Below, in pieces: positions 7,846-16,487 of a stretch of 36,207 nt of DNA. Source of the stretch: Sumerlaeia bacterium. Lineage in GTDB: Bacteria > Sumerlaeota > Sumerlaeia > SLMS01 > JAHLLQ01. The notes beneath the pieces were generated by a model that was not told where the DNA came from, searched no databases, and was given only the letters and a program-made list of their open reading frames with translations. How positions within the stretch are numbered: the first letter of the stretch is position 1; each line of letters begins with the position of its first letter. The stretch lies in contig JAVJSW010000070.1 of assembly GCA_040219255.1 (NCBI GenBank), forward strand, positions 1-36,207, given 5' to 3'. The position numbers were made by a program, and so were the translations under genes.

Positions 7846-9381
7846 TCATGGTCTTTCTTTCGGTTTCGGGCCCGTCTCTTCGCCGCGGTTGGCGGTGGCG
7901 AGGGCCTGGCGCAACCGTTCGCGGCTGAGGGTATTGACCGAGCCGAGTTCCGTCAGGTCGTCAGCGAGCGGCAGCAGCAACTCGAAGGTCGTGCGCTTTT
8001 TGTCGCTGCTCGCGAGGCGCAACTCGCCCTGATGGGCGCGCACGATTTCCCGCGCCAGGCTCAGGCCCAGGCCAACGCCCTCGCGCTTGCGGCTGCGTGA
8101 CTTGTCAGCGCGATAGAAGCGCTCGAAAATCTGCGACTTGTCTTCCTGCGAAATCACCTTCCCCGTGTTTGAAACCCGCAGGCAGGCGTGCGCGCCCTGG
8201 CGGCGCAGATCGAACCAGACGGACCCTTTCTCGCGGTTGTACTTGATGGCGTTCGAGGCCAGATTGTGCAGCACCTGGCCCATAAGCCCGCGGTCCGCCT
8301 CGATAAAGAGCGAACTCTCGATTTCGACCTGGCAGGTCAGATCCGGCGCCAGAATCTCCATGTCCTCGCAGAGGCTGGCGACCATCTCGGCGAGATCGAG
8401 CCGCTCGGTCTGCAGCGGCATCCGCCCCGAGTCCGACAGGCTGAGCAGCAGCAACTTCTCGGTGATGCTGCGCAGGCGCGAGATTTCATCGAGCAGTTCG
8501 CTGTAGCGTTGCTGATCCGGCGACTCCGGTTCGCTGGCCAGGATCGCCTGCTCCAGCTTACCCTGCAAGATCGTCAGCGGCGTCTTGAGTTCGTGGGCGG
8601 CGTCGGCGGTAAAGCGGCGGGCATCTTTGAAGCTGGCTTCCAGGCGATCCATCATGGCGTTGAAGATCTCGATGGTGCCGGCGAATTCCACGTCCACCTC
8701 GTGCTCTTCGAGGCGTTCTTCCAGGCCCGCCGCCGAAACCCGCGCCAGAGTCTCCGCCACCTCGCGCACGGGCCGCAGCGCCCGGTGCATCAGCAAAGCG
8801 GCCAGCCACGCCCCCGCCAGCATAACCACGGGAAAAATCAGCGCGAAGCGCCCCACCAGCGCCCAAAGCTCTTGCTTCACGGGTTCGAGCGGCGCCGCCA
8901 CCGCCAGCGTCACCCGTTCGTTGCGCGCGATCAGCACGCGCCATTCCCCGCCCTCCGCCGCCCTCGTCTCGTAGAAAAAGGCGCTGACCGGAAGGCTTTC
9001 GTCTTCGCCCAGGTCCGGCGGCGTGGGGTCCAGCGGCAGTTCCGGCGCGGCGTCGAAAAGGACCTGGGGGTCGAGGGCCACCGGCCAGTTGGGGCTGGCG
9101 TGGCTCCGGCCGCCGCGGTCTTCCATCCGGGCCGCCACCGCCACGGGCGTGTCGGCCTCGCTGGCCTCCCACCGCGCCCGCAGGAAAAACCACAGGTTCG
9201 GCGGCGCCTTGGAAGGCACCCGCAGCGTCTGATGCGCCGTCCCCGCCAGTAGCGCGTCCGTCTGGCGAAGAGCGCTGGCATACCACGCCACCGCCCCCAT
9301 GATCCCGGCCAGGAGCAGGACGAAGCCGGCGGTCAAGAACGTCAGCAACGCAACGCGAAGGCGCACGGACCGCAGCTTCAT
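7846..9381 (-). CDS. Two-component sensor histidine kinase (CusS/CzcS-like; 2 TM, HAMP, HisKA, HATPase)
   Basis: ATG at 9381 overlaps the response-regulator stop (ATGA). H-box FTADAAHELKTPL, N-box NLASNAIKYN, IFERFYRAD, GVGLGLSLAREIV. Confidence 0.93.
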   Translation of the reverse strand: MKLRSVRLRVALLTFLTAGFVLLLAGIMGAVAWYASALRQTDALLAGTAHQTLRVPSKAPPNLWFFLRARWEASEADTPVAVAARMEDRGGRSHASPNWPVALDPQVLFDAAPELPLDPTPPDLGEDESLPVSAFFYETRAAEGGEWRVLIARNERVTLAVAAPLEPVKQELWALVGRFALIFPVVMLAGAWLAALLMHRALRPVREVAETLARVSAAGLEERLEEHEVDVEFAGTIEIFNAMMDRLEASFKDARRFTADAAHELKTPLTILQGKLEQAILASEPESPDQQRYSELLDEISRLRSITEKLLLLSLSDSGRMPLQTERLDLAEMVASLCEDMEILAPDLTCQVEIESSLFIEADRGLMGQVLHNLASNAIKYNREKGSVWFDLRRQGAHACLRVSNTGKVISQEDKSQIFERFYRADKSRSRKREGVGLGLSLAREIVRAHQGELRLASSDKKRTTFELLLPLADDLTELGSVNTLSRERLRQALATANRGEETGPKPKERP

Positions 9382-10067
9382 TCGCCGGTGGAAGCCTCTC
9401 GCGGGCGGAGCCGATAGCCGACGCCACGGACCGTTTCGATCATCGAGGTCTTGCGTTCTCCCGGCAGCTTGGCCCGAATCCGCTGGATGTACACGTCCAC
9501 GATGTTGGTCTTCGGATCGAAGTAATAGCCCCACACGTGCTCGAGGATTTGGGTTCGCGTGTACACCCGGCCGGGCGTGCGCGAGAGATACTCGAGCAGA
9601 TTGAACTCGCGCGGGGTGAAGGTCAGCTCCTCCTCCCCGGCGTGGATGGTGCGGTTCATCAGGTTCATGGTGACGCCACCGAGATGCCGCACGCTGGTTT
9701 TCTCGCCCGTCTGACGGCGCTGGACGGCCCGCAGGCGCGCAATCAGTTCCTCGACGTAGAACGGCTTGGTCAGGTAATCGTCCGCCCCCAGGTCCAGCCC
9801 CTGAACCCGGTCGTCCAGCCCGGTCCGCGCCGTCAGCAGAATCACCGGCACCGTGTGCCCCTTCTGGCGCAATTCCTTGAGAATGCTGAGCCCATCGCGC
9901 CCCGGCACCATGATGTCGAGCACCAAGGCGTCGAACTCGGTGCTCAAGGCCATGTGCAGGCCGTCATCCCCGTCGGCACAGACTTCGGCAACAAAGCCTT
10001 GCTCCTCCAGGCCTTTGCGGACAAAGCTGGATATGCGGTCTTCGTCTTCGACGATGAGGATTCTCAT
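9378..10067 (-). CDS. OmpR-family response regulator (CusR/CzcR-like)
   Basis: MRILIVEDE, LDIMVPGRDG, GADDYLTKPF, winged helix TNIVDVYIQRIRAKL...ETVRGVGY. Confidence 0.95.
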   Translation of the reverse strand: MRILIVEDEDRISSFVRKGLEEQGFVAEVCADGDDGLHMALSTEFDALVLDIMVPGRDGLSILKELRQKGHTVPVILLTARTGLDDRVQGLDLGADDYLTKPFYVEELIARLRAVQRRQTGEKTSVRHLGGVTMNLMNRTIHAGEEELTFTPREFNLLEYLSRTPGRVYTRTQILEHVWGYYFDPKTNIVDVYIQRIRAKLPGERKTSMIETVRGVGYRLRPREASTGE

Positions 10068-10187
10068 GCTGCTCCGGCGGGGTCCTTGTTGGGGATTCTC
10101 CGCGGCACGCGATGGGAAAGTCGCCGCTGTGCCGCGCGATGATGGTGTACCCTCGACAGAGAAGGTTCACCACGAAAAAAGCGCAAG

Positions 10188-10210
10188 ATGAACGAACTGT
10201 AATTTTTCAT
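10188..10210. promoter_or_regulatory. Putative CusR/CopR-type response-regulator box
   Basis: ATGAACGAACTGTAATTTTTCAT in an AT-rich patch of the divergent intergenic region; resembles the ATGACA-N4-TGTCAT box. Confidence 0.4.
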
Positions 10211-10349
10211 TGCCGGTCCCGTTTATTTAGCGCAGTAATAATCCAATCTGTTCGCTGGCCGCGGAGAGTACCCTCCGCCCTCTCCAGTGCCGCCCCAGGT
10301 CCCAAGCCGGGCGGGGAACAGATTCCTAGCACAGAAAGGGGACCGGTTC

Positions 10350-12245
10350 ATGAATCCGAAGCGCCGCTCCTCCCACCCCCACCTCGAAATCTCCCGCGCG
10401 ATGCCCCACTCCCTTCGCCGATTCGTTCTGCCCACATTGGCCGCCGGGGCCCTGATGGTCTTCGCCTCGGCCGCCGATGCCCAACGCCCCCGCCGCGAAC
10501 CCAAGCCCGGTGGCCTGCCCCCCATGCACGATGTCCGCTCCATCGACGGCACCGGCAACAACGAAACCCACCCCGAATGGGGCGCCGCGGAAACGCCCTT
10601 CAAGCGCCTGACCCAGGCCGCCTACGAAGACGGCATCGGCGCGCCCTCCGGCAGCGATCGCCCCAGTGCCCGCGCCGTCAGCAACGCCCTCTGCGCCCAG
10701 CCCCAGTCCCTGCCCAACAGCACCGGCTACTCCGATTTCCTCTGGCAGTGGGGGCAATTCCTCGACCACGATATCACCGAAACGCCGGTCCTGGCGCCGC
10801 CGGAAAGCTTCAACATCCCCGTCCCCAGCGGCGATCCGTTCTTCGACCCCTTTGGCACCGGCATCGAAGAAATCGCCCTCAACCGCTCCTTCTTCGAGTT
10901 GATCGGCGGCGTCCGCGAGCAGTTCAACGCCATCACCGCCTACATCGACGCCTCGAACGTGTACGGCTCGGACGAAGACCGCGCCCGGGAGCTGCGCACT
11001 CTGGATGGCACCGGCAAGCTGAAGACCAGCGCCGGCGGCCTTCTGCCCTACAACGTGAACGGCTTCGCCAACGCGCCGACCTCCTTCGACCCGACCTTCT
11101 TCCTGGCCGGCGACGTGCGCGCCAACGAGCAAATCGGCCTGACCGCCATGCACACCCTCTTTGTCCGCGAGCACAACTCCTGGGCCGAGCGCATCGCCAA
11201 GCTCGACCGAATGCAGCGCACCACGCCCATGCGCCGCGGCCCCGGCATGGACGGCATCGCCCCCGGCGACCCACGCGGCGAACCCATGACGGACGACGAA
11301 ATCTACGAAATGGCTCGCGCCATCGTCTCGGCGGAAATGCAGGTCATCACCTTCCGCGAATTCCTGCCCGTCCTTCTCGGTCCCGGCGCCATCCCGCCCT
11401 ACACGGGCTATAACCCGAACCTCGACCCCAGTATCTCCAACGTCTTCGCCGCCGCCGCCTTCCGCCTCGGCCACACCATGTTGTCGCCGACGATGATGCG
11501 TGTCGATGCGGCCGGCCAGGAAATCCCCGAGGGCCACATCGCCCTAGCGGACGCCTTCTTCACCCCCGCGGAAATCGAAGCCACCGGTATCGAGCCCGTC
11601 CTGCGGGGCCTCGCGGCCCAGCGCGCCCAGGAATTCGACGCCAAGCTGATCGGCGACGTGCGCAATTTCCTCTTCGGTCCCCCCGGAGCCGGCGGCTTCG
11701 ATCTCGCCGCCCTGAACATGCAGCGCGGCCGCGATCATGGCCTGCCCAGCTACAACCAGGTCCGCGCCGATTTCGGCCTCACGCCCGTCGCCTCCTTCGC
11801 CGGCATTTCCTCCGATCCGGCCGTTGAGGCCAAACTCGCCAGCGTCTACACCAGCCCCGATCAGGTGGACCCGTGGGTCGGCATGCTGTGCGAAGACCGC
11901 GTGCCCGGCGCCCTCGTGGGCGAGACTCTCTTCACCATCCTGACCGAGCAGTTCACCGCCCTGCGCGACGGCGACCGCTATTGGTACCAGCGCCAACTGC
12001 CCCGCGAGCTGCGCGACATGGTCGAGAAAACCCGTCTCTCTCACATCATCCGCCGCAACACCACCATTGGCCATGAAATCCCCGACGACGTCTTCAAAGT
12101 CCGCCCCGAAGGCGGCACGCCGCCTCCGCCCCCGCCCGGCCCCGGCGATCCCACGGCCACACCCACCGCTCCTCCGCCGCCTCCCGGCCCCGGTGGGCCC
12201 CGCCCCGGCGAGCGTGGCGTGATCCGGGTGAAGACGGACCGGTAG
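10350..12245 (+). CDS. Secreted animal-type heme peroxidase (peroxidase-cyclooxygenase superfamily)
   Basis: RSIDGTGNN, distal WGQFLDHD, TAYIDASNVYG, GDVRANEQ, FVREHN, proximal AFRLGH, NMQRGRDHG, LRDGDRYWY. RR-containing signal and Pro-rich tail. Start is 10350 (AAAGGGG SD) or 10401. Confidence 0.92.
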   Translation: MNPKRRSSHPHLEISRAMPHSLRRFVLPTLAAGALMVFASAADAQRPRREPKPGGLPPMHDVRSIDGTGNNETHPEWGAAETPFKRLTQAAYEDGIGAPSGSDRPSARAVSNALCAQPQSLPNSTGYSDFLWQWGQFLDHDITETPVLAPPESFNIPVPSGDPFFDPFGTGIEEIALNRSFFELIGGVREQFNAITAYIDASNVYGSDEDRARELRTLDGTGKLKTSAGGLLPYNVNGFANAPTSFDPTFFLAGDVRANEQIGLTAMHTLFVREHNSWAERIAKLDRMQRTTPMRRGPGMDGIAPGDPRGEPMTDDEIYEMARAIVSAEMQVITFREFLPVLLGPGAIPPYTGYNPNLDPSISNVFAAAAFRLGHTMLSPTMMRVDAAGQEIPEGHIALADAFFTPAEIEATGIEPVLRGLAAQRAQEFDAKLIGDVRNFLFGPPGAGGFDLAALNMQRGRDHGLPSYNQVRADFGLTPVASFAGISSDPAVEAKLASVYTSPDQVDPWVGMLCEDRVPGALVGETLFTILTEQFTALRDGDRYWYQRQLPRELRDMVEKTRLSHIIRRNTTIGHEIPDDVFKVRPEGGTPPPPPPGPGDPTATPTAPPPPPGPGGPRPGERGVIRVKTDR

Positions 12246-12285
12246 TCAACCCACCGCCTCCCCTTGCCCCAACACCTGAAGGCCC

Positions 12286-12321
12286 AGCGGCGGCGTCCTG
12301 AAGAATCGGGATGCCGCCGCT
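12286..12321 (+). terminator. Stable hairpin after the peroxidase gene
   Basis: 16-bp stem AGCGGCGGCGTCCTGA/TCGGGATGCCGCCGCT (two G-U pairs) with an AGAA loop and no clear U tract. Confidence 0.5.
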
Positions 12322-13226
12322 CCGTCTCTGCCAACGCCCAGGCCGGCTTCACGCCATGGTGACCGTCCCGTCGCACGCGGCGGTTTCACCACCGCGTGAG
12401 CGACAGCCGCCGATTTATTTGCCGTTTTGCCTGGGAATTCGTGCGAAAATAGTCCGCGCGAGCCCCTTGACGCTCATCCAAAAGATTGAGCCCGCGTCGC
12501 TTAGGCGCAAAAGCGAGGGGCAAAAAGACTTGTCGTTTTTTTCTTGAACTCGTACCGTCCGCAAAGCCACATCACACGAACATTCGTTGGAAAGGCAAGC
12601 GAACCAATGACCCGCTCCCTCTGCGATCTGTTCCCGTTCCTTCTGCTCCCGGTGCGCGTGCCTTCCACGATTTCCCACATCATGTGGGGCATCTCGACGC
12701 GTGAGCTGACAACGCGCGACTTCGAAAATCGGACGAAAAATCCAACCTCGAAAGCCGACGGCCCTCTTCCTGTTCAACGTGCTTTTCGACGCGAGCTTTC
12801 CGTCCCCAACCCTTCCGCCCTGGCGGAACATCCTGGCGTAGTTCTCACAGCGGGCCTGCGCCGGGCCTCTCGGAGCGAGCGGCCAGAGACCCTCCATGGG
12901 AAGGGTGTTGCAGCGCACCCGGATGGTCTCTGGCCTCTCAATTCCAACAGCAACAAATCGGCCGGGAGTTGTCCAGCATGATCGAAGCCCTTTCCCGCCG
13001 CCAACACCGGCCCACCGAATCTTCCCTTCCAGTCCCCCAACCCACGTAACCGGAAAGCCCCGCAGACCCCCGGCGCACCCTCCGATCCCGCAGCAGCTCC
13101 CGCTCCTCCCGTTCCTGTTCCCGCTCCTGCACGCGCCCCCGTCTCGGGGCTATCCCGGTTCCAAACTCAGCCACCAACTCTCTCTTTCCCGCCCCCCCCG
13201 ATCCCCGTCCCCGGAGCCCCGTGACC

Positions 13227-13640
13227 ATGCAGAAAATTCTTGACCGGCTGATCCTCTCCGACCTCGCCGAGGCCAACAACCCCTTCTTCCTCGGCCAGCA
13301 CAAAATCCAGGCGATCATGTACTTCGGCGAAGGCGGCATGTTCCCCGACGACCTCTACCTCTACCACCGCCCCACGGTCAAAGACGGCAAGCTGGAGGAC
13401 GAAGAGCTGCGCGACGGCATCGACTTCCTGCGCGAAAGCCTGCGCGCCGGCCGCCGCGTCCTCGCCGTCGGCCCCACCGGAGCCACCATCGTCGCCGCCT
13501 ACCTCAACGAAATCGGCTTCAGCAACACCGAAGCCGTCACCATGGCCAGCGGCAGCGGCATCCCCAAACCCGACCTCACCAGCCTCGCCAACCACGACAG
13601 CTCCCGCAGCCTCCTCCGCGCGCCCTCGCTGCACCGGTAG
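13227..13640 (+). CDS. Dual-specificity phosphatase-fold protein lacking the catalytic CX5R loop
   Basis: ILDRLILSDLAEANN..L..HKIQAIM and DGIDFLRESLRAGRRVLAVGPTGATIVAAYL align by eye with the DSPc pattern. No Cys in the protein. Start is GTG 13221 or ATG 13227. Confidence 0.65.
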   Translation: MQKILDRLILSDLAEANNPFFLGQHKIQAIMYFGEGGMFPDDLYLYHRPTVKDGKLEDEELRDGIDFLRESLRAGRRVLAVGPTGATIVAAYLNEIGFSNTEAVTMASGSGIPKPDLTSLANHDSSRSLLRAPSLHR

Positions 13641-13647
13641 GCTCCGG

Positions 13648-13692
13648 CCAAGAGAAGCCGTCACCCTGGCCGCCCTTGGGGCGGCTTCTTGG
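13648..13692. terminator. Hairpin between convergent genes, possible bidirectional terminator
   Basis: GCCGCCC-TTG-GGGCGGC (13669-13685) followed by TTCTT; an alternative GAAGCCG/CGGCTTC stem is also possible. Confidence 0.45.
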
Positions 13693-13695
13693 CGC

Positions 13696-14055
13696 TTAAG
13701 ACGACTTCGTCTTCCCAACCTCGAAGACCAGAATCTTCAGCACCGCCTCCGAGGTATTCACGAGGCCGTGGCTCCAGAACGGTTTGTTCAGGAGAACGTC
13801 GCCTTGTTTCACAGCCCGCGTTTCCCCATTCACCGTCATTTCGCCAGTGCCTTCCAGGATCACGTAGACCTCTTCGTTGTCTTCGTGGCGGTGGATGCCG
13901 ATGGAATCGCCGGGTTCGATCTCCGAGTAAATCACGAACCGGAGCGGCGTTTCGAAGTCCTGTTCCCCGAAGAGGAAGACATTGCGAATATCTCCTATGC
14001 CATCATGGGCATTCTGGAGATTGGGAGAAGTCTCTAAGTAGTTCCTAACGATCAT
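13696..14055 (-). CDS. Cupin domain protein
   Basis: ATG at 14055 overlaps the upstream stop (ATGA). Cupin motifs GDSIGIHRHEDNEEVYVILEGTG and GDVLLNKPFWSHGLVN. Confidence 0.9.
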   Translation of the reverse strand: MIVRNYLETSPNLQNAHDGIGDIRNVFLFGEQDFETPLRFVIYSEIEPGDSIGIHRHEDNEEVYVILEGTGEMTVNGETRAVKQGDVLLNKPFWSHGLVNTSEAVLKILVFEVGKTKSS

Positions 14056-15038
14056 GACATGCCGTCCTCTTCGATTTTCATCCGGACCGGCAAGCCCGAC
14101 CGGGCGGATTCCATGGCGGCGGCGAGCAGGTCTTCGGTGCGCAGGTAGTCTTCGCCGAGCGTTTGCGGGTGCGGGTCGCCGTTCAGGTACGCCAGGAAAT
14201 CCTCCAGACAACCCGGTGCGGAGATCGTCGCCGTGTCTTCGCCGGTTTCCACGTCGGGCAGGCTGACGCGGACGGTGGAGCCCCGGATCAGGATCGCCCC
14301 GCGGGTGCCTTCGAGCCGCCAGTCGCCGCGCCAACTCGTCAAGCCTCCCCGGCTGGCGAGGCCTCCGTCGAAGGTCGCCTGGATGCCACGGTGGGTTTCC
14401 ATCAGGAGGCAAACGGCGGCGTTCGTGGGATGCCAACTGCCGATGGGATTGTAGCTTCGGGCGAAGATCGAGGCGCCTTCGTCGGCCGTGAAGAAGCGGA
14501 TGAGATCGAGCACATGGATGACGACGTCCTGGAGGAAGGCGTCTGGGGACGCGGCCCAGTACGGTTTGCTCGTTTCGTAGTGTTGGAATAGTTGGCCATG
14601 CACACTTGCCAGTTCACCGATTTTCCCCTCGCGAAAAATCAGAGCGGCGCGCCGCATCACGGCGTCCCGGCGAAAGTTTTCCGCCACCATGAAGGGCACT
14701 CCGGCGTCGCGGGCGGCGCGGACGACCCGCCGGCTTTCGCCCGGGGAGGGCGAAATCGGCTTCTCGCACAGGATCGGCAAGCCCGCGGCGATGGCTTCCA
14801 GATTGATCGCCGTGTGCGCCCGGGGCGGCGAGGAATTGATCAGGAACTCCGGCTTCGCTCCCCCCTCCAGTGCATCCCGAAGACAGCCAAACCACGCGCC
14901 GCCGCGCGCCATGCGAGCAGCGGCGGCCGGGTCTGGATCGACGACGGCGACCGCCCCCGGGCCAAAACGCTCGCACAGCGCCGCGTACCACCCGGCGCCC
15001 CACTCGCCCAATCCCGCCAGAATCACCCGTTCGCTCAT
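14052..15038 (-). CDS. Gfo/Idh/MocA family NAD(P)-dependent oxidoreductase
   Basis: VILAGLGEWG, SPPRAH, ILCEKP, MVAENFR, GKIGE, DVVIHVLD. Confidence 0.88.
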   Translation of the reverse strand: MSERVILAGLGEWGAGWYAALCERFGPGAVAVVDPDPAAAARMARGGAWFGCLRDALEGGAKPEFLINSSPPRAHTAINLEAIAAGLPILCEKPISPSPGESRRVVRAARDAGVPFMVAENFRRDAVMRRAALIFREGKIGELASVHGQLFQHYETSKPYWAASPDAFLQDVVIHVLDLIRFFTADEGASIFARSYNPIGSWHPTNAAVCLLMETHRGIQATFDGGLASRGGLTSWRGDWRLEGTRGAILIRGSTVRVSLPDVETGEDTATISAPGCLEDFLAYLNGDPHPQTLGEDYLRTEDLLAAAMESARSGLPVRMKIEEDGMS

Positions 15039-15102
15039 GGTGCCATGTCCTGTCGCGGGGGTCGTGCGGAGCGGGAAACGACGCGAGTTAAGGCCAGCCG
15101 AC

Positions 15103-16317
15103 TCAATTCGCCTTGGGTTCGATGAAATCCAGCGCCAGGAATTCGGCGCCGCCCGGTTCCTGGCGATAGGACAGGTAGCCGGTGAAGCCTTCCTTGAGAG
15201 CCGGGCCATCGGTGTGGATCAGGCCCTTGGCTTCCTTGGCGTCGAGGGGCGCGTTGGCCACGATTTTCAGGGCGCGGATAAAGGTGGCCTGCACGCCGGG
15301 GCTGGGCGGCGGCAGTTCGTGGGCGTTGCCGTCGTGATCGATCAGGGACAGCTTCATGGTCTTGCCGCGCGACGAATTGGTCTCGATCAGAACGCGATCG
15401 ATGTGCTCCTGGGCACAGATGGAGAGGAAGGACAGGACGGCCTCGCTGGCGTCGGCGCATTCGTCCAGGGGCGTCTGCGGTTCGTCGGGGGCGATCTTGC
15501 CCAGGAGCAGGCGGGTGATTTCCTTGCGGGCGGCGGGGGTCAGGCAATGGGCGAATTTGACCCAGTCGTCGTCGCCGTACTGATAGAAGCTCAGGATGCG
15601 GTCGAAAACCTTCTCGCGGGGCCAGCCGTGCAGTTCCACCTGGCGGCCCATCAATTCGGTCAGGCGGTCGCTCGGGTCTTCCTGGGCGTCCTTTTTGATG
15701 GCCACGGCGACGACGCCCCCGGGGCCGATGCCGAGAGGGGCGGCGCACAGTTTCATGGCGAGCATGCGGGGGAGAAGGCAGCAGAGGCGGTCGCGTTCTT
15801 CGCCGCCGGGGGGCGTCATTTCGCGGATCGCCTGCTCGTCGTCGACGCGCATCGGCTCATGGGGCAGGGCGACGCTCTCGTGGTGCTTGAGCTGGCCGCG
15901 CAGGGCGGGGAATTCGCGCAGAATCTCCTCGATGGCCAGGCGCGCTTCGTGGCGCACCTCCTCATCCGGGTCGGTGCCTTCGAGGTGGTCGAGCTTCTCG
16001 AGCCCCGCGCGCGCGTGCATCCATCCGAGGCTGATGGCCGCGGCACAGCGCAGTTCCTTGACTTCGATTTCCAGGAACCGGGTCAGGATCGGCACGCCCC
16101 GGTTGTCGCCGATCTTGCCCAGGAGTTCGATCAGCGGCGCGATGCGCGGATGGTTCGGTTGGCGGATGATGTAATCGGCCAGAGGATCGAAGATTTCCGG
16201 CCCGCGCTCGACAAATTTCTCAAAGAGCGCCTGCGCTTCGCCGTGTTCGCCGTTCTCGAAGAGAACGAGCATTTCCTCGAATTGCCAACGGCGCGGTTCC
16301 TCGCGATGAGTGGACAT
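15103..16317 (-). CDS. HEAT-repeat protein fused to a PilB/GspE N-terminal-like region, with no ATPase domain
   Basis: PBS-lyase-type HEAT repeats (LLGKIGDNRGVPIL; LRCAAAISLGWM; DPDEEVRHEARLAI), then LLPRMLAMKLCAAPL...VAVAI...LMGRQV...ILSFY (T2SSE_N-like) and IDRVLIET...LKIVAN. No Walker A motif. Confidence 0.65.
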   Translation of the reverse strand: MSTHREEPRRWQFEEMLVLFENGEHGEAQALFEKFVERGPEIFDPLADYIIRQPNHPRIAPLIELLGKIGDNRGVPILTRFLEIEVKELRCAAAISLGWMHARAGLEKLDHLEGTDPDEEVRHEARLAIEEILREFPALRGQLKHHESVALPHEPMRVDDEQAIREMTPPGGEERDRLCCLLPRMLAMKLCAAPLGIGPGGVVAVAIKKDAQEDPSDRLTELMGRQVELHGWPREKVFDRILSFYQYGDDDWVKFAHCLTPAARKEITRLLLGKIAPDEPQTPLDECADASEAVLSFLSICAQEHIDRVLIETNSSRGKTMKLSLIDHDGNAHELPPPSPGVQATFIRALKIVANAPLDAKEAKGLIHTDGPALKEGFTGYLSYRQEPGGAEFLALDFIEPKAN

Positions 16318-16487
16318 GAATGACGAACCACTTCCTAGAGACGAAGTCGTGGGCACACTCAAGCGCCCCGGACAGGTACAAGCAAGCCTGCCGCCAAGGT
16401 GGAAACGCTAGGCGAGAGCGGGAGGATGCGCAAGGGGGGATGAAGGGGCGACAGCGTGCACCGCCAAACAGCCCGCCCGCTGCCCCC

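Noticed and set aside
12544-12981. 145-aa ORF (and overlapping short ORFs) in the peroxidase-phosphatase gap
   Set aside because: No clear SD, weak codon bias and no motif; the region looks non-coding.
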